Shown here in pieces: positions 40,320 to 49,171 of a stretch of DNA of 64,000 nt. This stretch comes from an uncultured Candidatus Binatia bacterium. Its GTDB lineage: Bacteria; Desulfobacterota; Binatia; UBA9968; JAJDTQ01. The DNA lies in NCBI GenBank assembly GCA_965215605.1, contig OZ244070.1:3424001-3488000 (forward strand). Direction: 5' to 3'. The notes under the pieces are model-generated. The model ran no database searches. It worked only from the letters and a program-made list of their open reading frames with translations, and was not told the DNA's origin. The first letter of the stretch is position 1; each line of letters begins with the position of its first letter. Made by a program: the position numbers and the translations under genes.

Positions 40320-42797
40320 ATGAGAAAAGTACTAGCAGCATTCGCGGTATTCACCATGTTCGCGGCGGGCCAGGTACATGGCGACGGGCTGGCGCCAGCG
40401 CCACAGATCATCGCCGAGTACGACCGCAGCTTCATCGAGCGTTCCGGCGCCCAGACGTTCGGCGAGATGCTCGACACGGGCATCATCCGCTACTTCTTCA
40501 CCGGAGGGCGCAACCTGCTCATTCTGGTGAACGGGCGGCCCTACGCGACGACCGCGCACAATCTGGACTCTCTCCCGCTCTCGGCGATCGAGCGCATCGA
40601 GGTGCTGAGAGCCGAGAGCCTGGGGACGCTCGGCGGCCAGGCCGCGGTACGTGGTGCATTCAACCTCGTGCTGAGGAAGGATCTGGACGGCTTCGACGTG
40701 CGCACCGTCGCCCGGATGCCGAGCCGCGACGGCGGGGACGCACGCCAGGCCAGCGCTGTATGGGGCGGCGCGGTCGGCGCCGGCGGACACGTGACCGTCG
40801 GCGTCGACATCTTCGACCGCGAGGAGATCGCCGGCAGCACCCGCGAGCACAGCCGCTCGGAGTGGGCGGAGGATGGGAGCTTCGCCGAGGCCAAAAACGT
40901 GAGCGTTGGCGGCAACACCGTCTACGTCTTCGACACGATCGAGCGCGAGTTGCGAGCCGTCCCGCTCGGCAAGTGCGACCGTGCGCACGGCTACACCGGC
41001 CCGCTGAGCAACCCGCCGGGGATCAACTCGGGCGACAAAGGCTGTGGGTTCGCCTACGGCAACTTCTGGTGGGACAGCGGGAGCTACGACCAGAGGAACG
41101 CAATCCTGAACCTGAGCCACCCGCTCGGAGAGCGCGCCGAACTCGATGTGGACGCAAACGTCACGAGCGCACGCTCGGCGTTCCGCTACGCACCGTCGGT
41201 CTCTGTCTTCTCCGTTGCCCCGAGCCAGAGCCTGCTCGACGCAATCAACGAATCGGGGAGGAACGCCGACCGGGCGTTCGAGGCGACGACGGAGGACATC
41301 TTCGCGGTCGGGCACCGCTTCATCGGCCATGGCAACCGGGACTGGAGGACGAGCACCGAGGAGTACGACGTCTCGGCAAGCGTCAAGGGCCGGCTCGCCG
41401 AAGGCCTCGGCTACGACTCCCGCATCAGCGCCTATAGGCTCGACGGCTCGGTGTCGGGCGATACCTTCGTGGACGCCGAGACCATCAGGGACGAGATCAA
41501 GGCCGGAAGGTACAACGTGGCTGATCCGCTGTCGGTGGAACCGGACCACCTGAGAGCGATCGAGAGGAGCAGCCTACGCGAGGAGGTGGACTTCGGCACG
41601 AGGTATCTGGACGCACGATTCTCGCTTGAGGGCACCGGGCCGGGCATCGGCGGTCGCAAAACGGCATGGACTGCCGGGGTCGAATTCGCCGACGTGGAGC
41701 ACTACAGCCTGCTGGCGTTCCGGGCAAACGACGGCCGGAGCCGCAACGTCGACGGGGTGCTCGGGTCGGGCGGCACCAGCTACTCCGGCGAGCGCGATGC
41801 GGCAGGAGCCTTCGCCGAGGTGTCCCTGCCTCTGGCCGACACCGTGGACCTGAGAGCTGCAGCACGGGTCGATGAATACGATGACGTCGGCGGGCTGCGC
41901 GCGTGGCGCCTCGGGGCTGAGTATCGTCCGAGCGACATCATCACGCTGCGCGCCTCGTGGAGCACGGGCGACCAGGCGCCCTCCATGTACCACCTGCACA
42001 GCACCGCGGCGCAGGACCACCCCTATGTCCGTTGCGTCCCGGCGAGCGGCCCGGCGCCGCGCACGTGCGACAGGGCGCATTACCGGCAGGTGACGCGCCG
42101 CACGAGCGGTGACCCCGAGCTCAAGCCGTCGGGATCGGAGAGGCGCTCCATTGGCGCGGGGGCCCGCAGGGGGCCGTTCTACCTCATCGCCGACTGGTAC
42201 TGGCTCACGACCTCGGATTTGCCGGGACGGCACAACGCCACTTGGGCGATGCTGAACCACCCCGAGTGTCCGCCGGGCGACGGCAGCAGGTGCATCGAGC
42301 GCGCGGCTGGAGACATCACCATCCACGAGAGCTTCGCGAACATCGTCGAGACCGAGGTCTCGGGCGTTAACACCCGGTTCGGAGGCCGCTTGGAGACCGG
42401 CTGGGGCTTTGTGGCAATGCGCGGGTTCTGGCGCTACGTCACCAGCAGCGAGGAGGAGATCGCAGGCGTGAAGCGGCCGTACCCGCTCCCGCGCAACGCC
42501 GTGCGCATCGTGCCCTCGGTCGGGCACGGCAACCTCACCGCCTTCTGGGCGCTGAACTACCGCGACGAGATCGAAAGCCGGTGGGACGACGGACGGTTCA
42601 AATCCTGGACCGGCCACGACGTGACGCTCGATTGGAGAGAGCCGCTAGGGCTCGAAAACATGCGCTTGACCGCAGGCGTGTACAACGTCACCGACGCGAA
42701 GCTCTCCACGAACACCGCAAATCCCGCTGTGACCGACGGGCCGCGCGCGGCTGGCTGGGGACGCACCTTCTTCGCAACCCTCAACATGCAGTTTTGA
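40320..42797 (+). CDS. TonB-dependent outer membrane receptor
   Basis: signal peptide, plug ILVNGRP..LSAIERIEVLR, amphipathic strands, C-terminal GRTFFATLNMQF. Confidence 0.88.
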   Translation: MRKVLAAFAVFTMFAAGQVHGDGLAPAPQIIAEYDRSFIERSGAQTFGEMLDTGIIRYFFTGGRNLLILVNGRPYATTAHNLDSLPLSAIERIEVLRAESLGTLGGQAAVRGAFNLVLRKDLDGFDVRTVARMPSRDGGDARQASAVWGGAVGAGGHVTVGVDIFDREEIAGSTREHSRSEWAEDGSFAEAKNVSVGGNTVYVFDTIERELRAVPLGKCDRAHGYTGPLSNPPGINSGDKGCGFAYGNFWWDSGSYDQRNAILNLSHPLGERAELDVDANVTSARSAFRYAPSVSVFSVAPSQSLLDAINESGRNADRAFEATTEDIFAVGHRFIGHGNRDWRTSTEEYDVSASVKGRLAEGLGYDSRISAYRLDGSVSGDTFVDAETIRDEIKAGRYNVADPLSVEPDHLRAIERSSLREEVDFGTRYLDARFSLEGTGPGIGGRKTAWTAGVEFADVEHYSLLAFRANDGRSRNVDGVLGSGGTSYSGERDAAGAFAEVSLPLADTVDLRAAARVDEYDDVGGLRAWRLGAEYRPSDIITLRASWSTGDQAPSMYHLHSTAAQDHPYVRCVPASGPAPRTCDRAHYRQVTRRTSGDPELKPSGSERRSIGAGARRGPFYLIADWYWLTTSDLPGRHNATWAMLNHPECPPGDGSRCIERAAGDITIHESFANIVETEVSGVNTRFGGRLETGWGFVAMRGFWRYVTSSEEEIAGVKRPYPLPRNAVRIVPSVGHGNLTAFWALNYRDEIESRWDDGRFKSWTGHDVTLDWREPLGLENMRLTAGVYNVTDAKLSTNTANPAVTDGPRAAGWGRTFFATLNMQF

Positions 42798-42882
42798 GGT
42801 GCTGACCGAAGCGGGAGTGACTTCGATGGCCAGCGGGGGCCGGCCCCCGCTGGGCGACAGGGGAAACAGAGAGGGGAGATTG

Positions 42883-43725
42883 ATGGCGGGAAAAGCCGAA
42901 TTGCTTTCATTCGTGACCGCGGACCGGGAGACGCTGCACGGAGCCTTGTTTCGCGCCGATGCATCGCCGCGCCCCGATCTGGCGCTGGTGATGATTCACG
43001 GCGTGGCCATGAGCTTCTATACCGGCCCGCTGCGGGTATTCGCCGAGGCTCTGGCCGGACGCGGCCATCATGCCTTCTCCATCAACTGCCGCGGCCATGA
43101 CTGGATCGCCCGGGGCGGGGACCTCACGGCCTTCCGAGGCGCCGCCTACGAGAACTTCGAGGACTGCGTGCTGGACATCGACGCCGCCATCGACCGGCTG
43201 AAGCAGGAGGGCTACGCCCGCTTCGTGCTGGTGGGGCACAGCCTGGGCGCGGTCAAGTCCATCTACTACCAGGGCACCCGCCGGCGCGACGACGTGGTCG
43301 GGGTGATTTCCTGTTCCGCGCCCAAGCAGTTCTATGCCGCCCGCGTCGGGGAGGATACGGAGTTCGAGGCGCGCATGGCAAGCGCGGAGAAGCGGGTAGC
43401 GGAAGGGCAGGGAGAGGAGTTCCTGTGGGCGCCCGCCAGCGGCGCCACCGGCCTGTTCACCTACAGAACCTACGTCAGCAAGTACGGCCGCCACGAGACC
43501 AACGACGTGCGCCCCCATGCCGCAAGGCTGGGCTGTCCGTTACTGGCGACCGCGGGAGAGATCGAGGCCGCCTACTTCCGGGAATACGCGCACGAACTGA
43601 ACGAATCGGCGGGTCCGGACAACGGCACCTGCATCATCGTCCCCGGCGCCAACCACTTCTACGCCGGCTGCGAGGCCTTCATGATCGACGCCCTCGACGG
43701 CTGGCTCAAGGAAAACGTGGCCTAG
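42883..43725 (+). CDS. alpha/beta hydrolase
   Basis: MIHG, GHSLG nucleophile elbow, PGANHFY. Confidence 0.88.
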   Translation: MAGKAELLSFVTADRETLHGALFRADASPRPDLALVMIHGVAMSFYTGPLRVFAEALAGRGHHAFSINCRGHDWIARGGDLTAFRGAAYENFEDCVLDIDAAIDRLKQEGYARFVLVGHSLGAVKSIYYQGTRRRDDVVGVISCSAPKQFYAARVGEDTEFEARMASAEKRVAEGQGEEFLWAPASGATGLFTYRTYVSKYGRHETNDVRPHAARLGCPLLATAGEIEAAYFREYAHELNESAGPDNGTCIIVPGANHFYAGCEAFMIDALDGWLKENVA

Positions 43726-44429
43726 CCGCACGCCAGCAACCTGCCGAACCCCTCCACCGGCTGGTCCAGCTTCATGGCCTTGAGCGCGGTCCAGATCCAG
43801 GCCTGGGTGTTGGTGACCACGGGCTTGCCGAACTCCTGCTCCAATTGATCGATGATAGGCGTGATCCGCCACTTGTTGCAGGGCATGTAAAGCCCGTCGA
43901 CCTCGGGGTTTTCCCGCAATAAAGGCCGGGCCACCTCCAGCCCCGACTCCGGCGGCAGGCCCCAGATGACCCTGGTGTTTTCGTATGCAAGACCCCGGCT
44001 GGCCGTGACATGGATCTCGTCGTGTGCGAGAAAACGGGCCAGCCGGGCGTCTTGGTCCGCCGGAAAAGGGGACGCCATCACCACGCGTTTCAGGCCCAAC
44101 TCACGGCAGGCGTCCACCACGGAGGTGAGTACGGTGGACGCGGGCACCGGGGTGATCTCGCTCACGGCCTCAAGGAGTTGGCGGTCCGAGCCGGGGCCTT
44201 TGTAGGACAGGAACAGCTCCCCGGTGACCATGATGAAGTCGAGGGGGAACTCGGTCAGCTCCCTGACCAAGCCGAAAAACTCGCTTTCCGCCCGGGCGAA
44301 CTCCTCGTCCGTGAATTCGCGCACCCGGAGTCCGCGGCCCTCCACCGTGATGTCCGGAGGCAGGATCCGGTAGACGTCGGTCAGCACCTCTTCACTCATG
44401 TTGGGTGATATCAGGCCGATGCGTTTCAT
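43722..44429 (-). CDS. maleate isomerase/arylmalonate decarboxylase (Asp/Glu racemase) family protein
   Basis: RIGLISP, LGLKRVVMASPF, DGLYMPC, LEQEFGKPVVTNTQA. Confidence 0.85.
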   Translation of the reverse strand: MKRIGLISPNMSEEVLTDVYRILPPDITVEGRGLRVREFTDEEFARAESEFFGLVRELTEFPLDFIMVTGELFLSYKGPGSDRQLLEAVSEITPVPASTVLTSVVDACRELGLKRVVMASPFPADQDARLARFLAHDEIHVTASRGLAYENTRVIWGLPPESGLEVARPLLRENPEVDGLYMPCNKWRITPIIDQLEQEFGKPVVTNTQAWIWTALKAMKLDQPVEGFGRLLACG

Positions 44430-44487
44430 TCGACACCACGTTCTTTAGAGCCGGTGCGTTTCCCTTGGCCGGGAACGGGACAGGGGA

Positions 44488-44805
44488 TCACACGTTGCCC
44501 AGCGACAGGAGTGACAGCGAGCTCACCTCGAAGTCCTTGACCCAGTACTCGCCGGTGTACATGCCCTCCGCTCCCTTGGCGATGTCTGCGCGGGCTTGGC
44601 TTGCGACGTAGGTCTCCATGTCCTGTTTCGTCTCCCAGAACGTGAGGGAGATCCCCTCGTCGGGATTCTCGGAGCTTCGGAGCAGTTGGCGTCCTCGGAA
44701 GCCCGGCATCTTCGCCGTGGCGGGAACCACCACCTCGTTGTAGTAGCGCTCGTATTCCGCCCATTTCCCGAGTCGAAGCTTGCCCCAGAAAATTCTGCAC
44801 ATCAT
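44488..44805 (-). CDS. antibiotic biosynthesis monooxygenase (ABM) domain protein
   Basis: MPGFRGRQLLRS..DEGISLTFWET; SD AGGAGG. Confidence 0.8.
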   Translation of the reverse strand: MMCRIFWGKLRLGKWAEYERYYNEVVVPATAKMPGFRGRQLLRSSENPDEGISLTFWETKQDMETYVASQARADIAKGAEGMYTGEYWVKDFEVSSLSLLSLGNV

Positions 44806-44902
44806 GGTGTCCTCCTGACAGACCGTCGCCCGAAAACGCGCGTTCCCGGCTTTGGCCTTTTTCCCCGCGATGGAGCCCGCGAATTTCGGCCCAGAGTCTG
44901 GC

Positions 44903-46657
44903 TCAACCGGCCGGGTTGCGGCAGATGACGTTGAGTAGCGCCTGCCGTCCTTCTTCCTTGACCGCCTTGAGGCCGCGCTCCAGCGCCGCCGGCAGTTCCG
45001 TGGGATCGTCTACCCGCTCGGCGTAGGCGCCGCACGCCTGGGCGGTCATTTCGAATTGCGGCGACGGCGTCAGGTCGGTACCCGGGAAGTTACCGGTCTG
45101 GTGGGCGACGCCGTCCGGGTACAGTTCGCGCACGGTGCTGAGCGTGGCGTTCCAGGCTTGGTTGTTGTAGATGACGGTGAGGAACGGCACCTGGTATTTC
45201 TGCGCGGTGAAGTGGCACGCCGTGGGTACGCAGAACATGTAGGAGCCGTCGCCCTCACAGGCGATGACCGTGTGGTCGGGGGCTGCCAGCTTGGCGCCGA
45301 TGGCGGCTCCCATGCCCCATCCCAGATGTCCGGCCGGTGCCTGGTCGAAGAACGATCCGGGCCGCTCCAGCCCGAGTACCGGCCCCAGGGGCGAGGTCAC
45401 CGCTTCTCCCATGACGATAGTCTTTTCATCCACCACGTTGGCGATGCAGCGGGACAGCCACAAGGGATGAATGGGCCGCTCGTCCTTCACGTTCTCGATG
45501 CGTTCCGCCAGTTCCGTCCGCGTCCGTCCGTGGGCGGCCTGAATGCGGGCCTGTCGCTCCTCCACGGCCTTCCGCAGCGCCTCCGAGCCGTCGAGCGCCT
45601 GCCGGATCAGGCCGTTGAGCACCGGCAGGGTGACGTCGGCGGCTCCGGTCATGGCGTGATCCACCGGAAAGCCCCACACCGGAATGGAGGAGAACAGCGG
45701 GTCGATCTCCAGTTGCAGCACGGTTGCCTCGGGACGCAGCTTGTCCCGGTTGGCCGGCGTCCACGGAACGTCGATGTCGATGAGAAAGACCACGTCCGCC
45801 CGTTGGATGTGACTGTCGATGTCGTGACCGGCATGACACGGGTGGCTCGACGGGAAGTTCATGTACGGCGACTGCGGGTGTTGCACCACCGGAATCGCCA
45901 GCAGGTCGGCCAGCTCCACCAGCGGTTTCACCGCCGCGGGGTTCCGTCCGACATAGCGCGTCACGATGACGGGGTCGGCGGCCGCGACGAGGATCTCCGC
46001 CGCCTGCGCGAGGTCCTCCATGGGCGTCTGGTACTTGGTGGGCGGCTTGAACACGTCCGCCGACACCCGGGTGCTCTCCATGGACTCGTAGAGCCACTCC
46101 CGCGGCAGCGACAGGTACACCGGACCCCTGGGCTCGGCCATGGCGATCTTGAAGGCCCGGGGCACGATGGCGCCGAGCTGCTCGTTGGCGCGGTTCTCGA
46201 AATCCCACTTGACGAATTCGCGCACGATGCTGCCCTGGTCCCGGGACTCCTGGCGCCAGTGGATGTGGCGGCTCTTGCCCCCCGGCACCTCCCCCTCTGT
46301 GACCGGGGTCCTTCCGGCCACGAACAGCAGGGGCACTTGGCACGCCTTGGCGTTCATGAGGCCGCCGAGGCCGTTGGCGGTGCCGGGCAGGGTATGCACC
46401 AGCACCACCTGCGGCTTGCCGGAAGCGCAGTAGTAGCCGTGGGCCATGGACACCGCCGCCTGCTCGTGGGGTACTACGATGATCTCCGCCCCCTTGGACT
46501 CGCTCCGGTGCATCTTGGCCAGCGCCTCCAGGATCGGGCCGTGGTCCGTCCCGGTGTTGGCGAAGATGTAGTCCACGTCGGGATTGGCGTTGATCTGCGC
46601 CAGAAAGGCTTCCGCTCCGTTGGCCACGGGCACGTCTTCGAATCGAGGTCCCGGCAT
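44903..46657 (-). CDS. thiamine diphosphate-dependent enzyme (decarboxylase/ALS-like)
   Basis: PHEQAAVSMAHGY, GHLGWGMGAAIG, GDGSY..YNN ThDP motif. Confidence 0.92.
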   Translation of the reverse strand: MPGPRFEDVPVANGAEAFLAQINANPDVDYIFANTGTDHGPILEALAKMHRSESKGAEIIVVPHEQAAVSMAHGYYCASGKPQVVLVHTLPGTANGLGGLMNAKACQVPLLFVAGRTPVTEGEVPGGKSRHIHWRQESRDQGSIVREFVKWDFENRANEQLGAIVPRAFKIAMAEPRGPVYLSLPREWLYESMESTRVSADVFKPPTKYQTPMEDLAQAAEILVAAADPVIVTRYVGRNPAAVKPLVELADLLAIPVVQHPQSPYMNFPSSHPCHAGHDIDSHIQRADVVFLIDIDVPWTPANRDKLRPEATVLQLEIDPLFSSIPVWGFPVDHAMTGAADVTLPVLNGLIRQALDGSEALRKAVEERQARIQAAHGRTRTELAERIENVKDERPIHPLWLSRCIANVVDEKTIVMGEAVTSPLGPVLGLERPGSFFDQAPAGHLGWGMGAAIGAKLAAPDHTVIACEGDGSYMFCVPTACHFTAQKYQVPFLTVIYNNQAWNATLSTVRELYPDGVAHQTGNFPGTDLTPSPQFEMTAQACGAYAERVDDPTELPAALERGLKAVKEEGRQALLNVICRNPAG

Positions 46658-46713
46658 GTTCGAACTCTCCTTGGGTCTACGGCGGCGTACTTGCCTCCGA
46701 TGTGCCAGCGAGG

Positions 46714-46743
46714 ACACTAACAACGGTGTCGCCGACGTGTCAA
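46714..46743 (-). promoter_or_regulatory. putative sigma70 promoter of ThDP-enzyme operon
   Basis: TTGACA, 18 nt, TAGTGT with TGn extension. Confidence 0.45.
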
Positions 46744-46771
46744 ATCAATGGCCGGGCGAGGGAAGGCGGAG

Positions 46772-46800
46772 TTGACCGGGTACCCGAATCAGCTTATGTT
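46772..46800 (+). promoter_or_regulatory. putative sigma70 promoter of ligAB
   Basis: TTGACC, 17 nt, TATGTT. Confidence 0.5.
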
Positions 46801-46833
46801 CGGCGTTTCACATTATTTCAGGAGGGAGCGGCC

Positions 46834-47196
46834 ATGAGCCAGTCTGGCGAGGAGTCGGAGAGCATCGAGGGCACCTACGTGTTCGACGGTACCCAGTCGC
46901 GCAAGGGCTATCGTCTCAACAAGTTCTTCTTTTCCCTCAACGAGGCACGGAACCGCTCGGCCTTCAAGGAGGACGCGGAGGCGCTGATGGATCGCTTCGG
47001 CCTCACGGACTGGGAGAAGCGCAAGGTCGGCGAGAAGGACTGGCTGGCGCTGGCGCGTGAGGGCGGCGCCAACATCTACGTCATGTACAAGATGGGCTCG
47101 GTGACGGGCGACAGCCTGCAGCACATCGGGGCGGCGTTCCGCGGGCAGAGCCTCGACGAGTTCCTCGGCACCCGAAAGGTCCAGGGGGCCAGGTAG
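46834..47196 (+). CDS. ligA: protocatechuate 4,5-dioxygenase alpha subunit (LigA family)
   Basis: GTYVFDG..SRKGYRLNKF, NRSAFKED, GANIY..K. Confidence 0.85.
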   Translation: MSQSGEESESIEGTYVFDGTQSRKGYRLNKFFFSLNEARNRSAFKEDAEALMDRFGLTDWEKRKVGEKDWLALAREGGANIYVMYKMGSVTGDSLQHIGAAFRGQSLDEFLGTRKVQGAR

Positions 47197-47197
47197 C

Positions 47198-48046
47198 ATG
47201 GGAAGCGTCGTCGCGGGAATAGGGTCGTCGCACGTGCCGGCGGTGGGTGCGGCATTCGACCAGGGCAAACAGGAAACCCCGGAATGGAAACCGTTGTTCG
47301 ACGGCTACCGCCCGGCCATGGCATGGCTCCGGGAGGCCCGCGTCGACGTGGCCATCTTCATTTACAACGACCACGGCTCGGAATTCTTCTTTGACAAGTA
47401 CCCGACCTTCGCCATGGGCGTGGCCGACAGCTATCCGCCGGCGGACGAGGGTTGGGGTCCGCGCCCGCTGGAGCCGGTTCCCGGCGACCCCGAGTTCTCC
47501 TGGCACGTGGCGGAGTCGCTGATCCGCGAGAGCGAGTTCGACATGACCGTGTGCCAGGAGCTGTCCGTGGACCACGGGCTGCTGACCCCGCTTCCGTTGC
47601 TGTGGTCCAACGAGCCGCGTTGGGACATCAAGGTCGTGCCGGTGGCGGTGAACGTGCTGCAGCACCCGCTGCCCACGGCGCGCCGGCTGTGGAAGCTCGG
47701 GCAGGCCTTGCGCACGGCGGTGGAGAGCTATCCGCGGGATATCCGGGTGGCCGTCCTCGGCACCGGCGGGTTGTCGCACCAGCTCCACGGCGAGCGCTTC
47801 GGTTTCCGCAACGAAGAATGGGACCGGCGCTTCATGGACCGCATCGTCAACGGCCCGGAGGAGTTGGTGGCGCTGTCCCACCACGAGTACATGGTGCAGG
47901 GCGGCGCCGAGGCGGTGGAGATGATCATGTGGCTGGGCATGCGCGGCGCCATGTCCCCGGAAGTGAAGCTGGTGCACCAGAACTACTACGCCCCCATGTT
48001 GACGGGGATGGGGCTGTTGCTGCTGGAAGACACGGCGTCGTCGTGA
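47198..48046 (+). CDS. ligB: protocatechuate 4,5-dioxygenase beta subunit (class III extradiol)
   Basis: SSHVPAVG, YNDH, PADEGWGPR, VDHG, GTGGLSHQLHGER, EMIMW. Confidence 0.92.
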   Translation: MGSVVAGIGSSHVPAVGAAFDQGKQETPEWKPLFDGYRPAMAWLREARVDVAIFIYNDHGSEFFFDKYPTFAMGVADSYPPADEGWGPRPLEPVPGDPEFSWHVAESLIRESEFDMTVCQELSVDHGLLTPLPLLWSNEPRWDIKVVPVAVNVLQHPLPTARRLWKLGQALRTAVESYPRDIRVAVLGTGGLSHQLHGERFGFRNEEWDRRFMDRIVNGPEELVALSHHEYMVQGGAEAVEMIMWLGMRGAMSPEVKLVHQNYYAPMLTGMGLLLLEDTASS

Positions 48047-48056
48047 ACGCAGGGCC

Positions 48057-48257
48057 CCGCCGGAAGAAGCCGCTTCGGTCTTCTCCCAGGTCAAGCCCAA
48101 GGTCGCGGCCTTCACCCACGTGGTCTCCTACGGCATCGAGCGCAGTGAGATCGTCGAACGCACCCGGGCGGGTTACGCGGGCGAGCTGGTCATGGGCGAG
48201 GACCTCATGCGCTTCGAGATCGCCGACGAGGTGACCGTGGTCCCGCCGGCCTCCTAG
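48057..48257 (+). pseudogene. C-terminal remnant of an MBL-fold (RNase Z/AtsA-like) hydrolase
   Basis: frame absent from the ORF track reads PPEEAASVFSQVKPKVAAFTHVV..RTRAGYAGELVMGEDLMRFEI..*, with no N-terminal part. Confidence 0.65.
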
Positions 48258-49021
48258 TCCTCGGCCGGCAACCCCACCATATCGGCTACCCGTTGCGCGT
48301 AGTGGTTCCAGGTCCACTCGTAGACTTTCGAGACGGCGGCCTGGAGGCCTTGTTCCAACACGAAGGCGAAGGCGTCGAGGTCCGCCTGGGGGAGCAGCTC
48401 CAGCGGGCGTCCTCCGGTAGCGCGGGTGGCGTCCAGGGTGACCTTCGCCAACATTTCCAGGCGCAGCGCCAGCAGGGTCACGGCTTCGACCGTCGGCCCG
48501 ATGACGGTGAGGCCGTGCCCGCGCATGAGACAGCAGTCCCGGTCGCCCATGACGGCCATGAAATCCGCGGCCAGCTCCGGAGTGTCGATGAGCACCGACC
48601 TGGGATAGACGGGGATCCCCTGGATCGCGGCGCCGAGGCTCAGGGGGTCGTAGGAGCCGTAGATGGGCCGCAACTCCAGGCCGGCGATGGTGGCCACGAG
48701 ACAGTGATACGGGTGGGCGTGGAGGACGGCGTGGGCTTCCGGCCGTGTCTTGTAGAGCTCCCCGTGGATCGGCAGCTCCAAAGGCACCCGGTATCCGTCC
48801 ACTTGCTCCACCGTGCGGTCGAAGCCCAGCCGGCGCACGTGACGGACGTCGGAGTAGAGCAGCCCCTTCTCTTCGTCTCCGAGCAAGCGCATGAACATCT
48901 CGCCGGTGCCCGGTATCCGCGCCGATAGATGGCCGAGTATGTCGCCCAGGCATCCCTGGCTGGCGAGGATGCGGGTGCCCAGCGCGATCTTGCGCCGGAG
49001 GGTCTGCAACGATTCATCCAT
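48254..49021 (-). CDS. class II aldolase/adducin family protein
   Basis: GHLSAR, ELPIHGELYK.RP, VLHAHP, LMRGHG. Confidence 0.9.
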   Translation of the reverse strand: MDESLQTLRRKIALGTRILASQGCLGDILGHLSARIPGTGEMFMRLLGDEEKGLLYSDVRHVRRLGFDRTVEQVDGYRVPLELPIHGELYKTRPEAHAVLHAHPYHCLVATIAGLELRPIYGSYDPLSLGAAIQGIPVYPRSVLIDTPELAADFMAVMGDRDCCLMRGHGLTVIGPTVEAVTLLALRLEMLAKVTLDATRATGGRPLELLPQADLDAFAFVLEQGLQAAVSKVYEWTWNHYAQRVADMVGLPAED

Positions 49022-49171
49022 GATCATCCTTTCAGGAGCGGTCGCCGTTAGCCGTATGCGCACGTGTAAACCGCGAACGCCCCGGAGTGTCAAGCATCCC
49101 TTCCCGAACTTCCGCCTCGTTACAAACCCAATTGAAACAACGGTGGCCTTGATCTATGGTCAGCCTGATCC

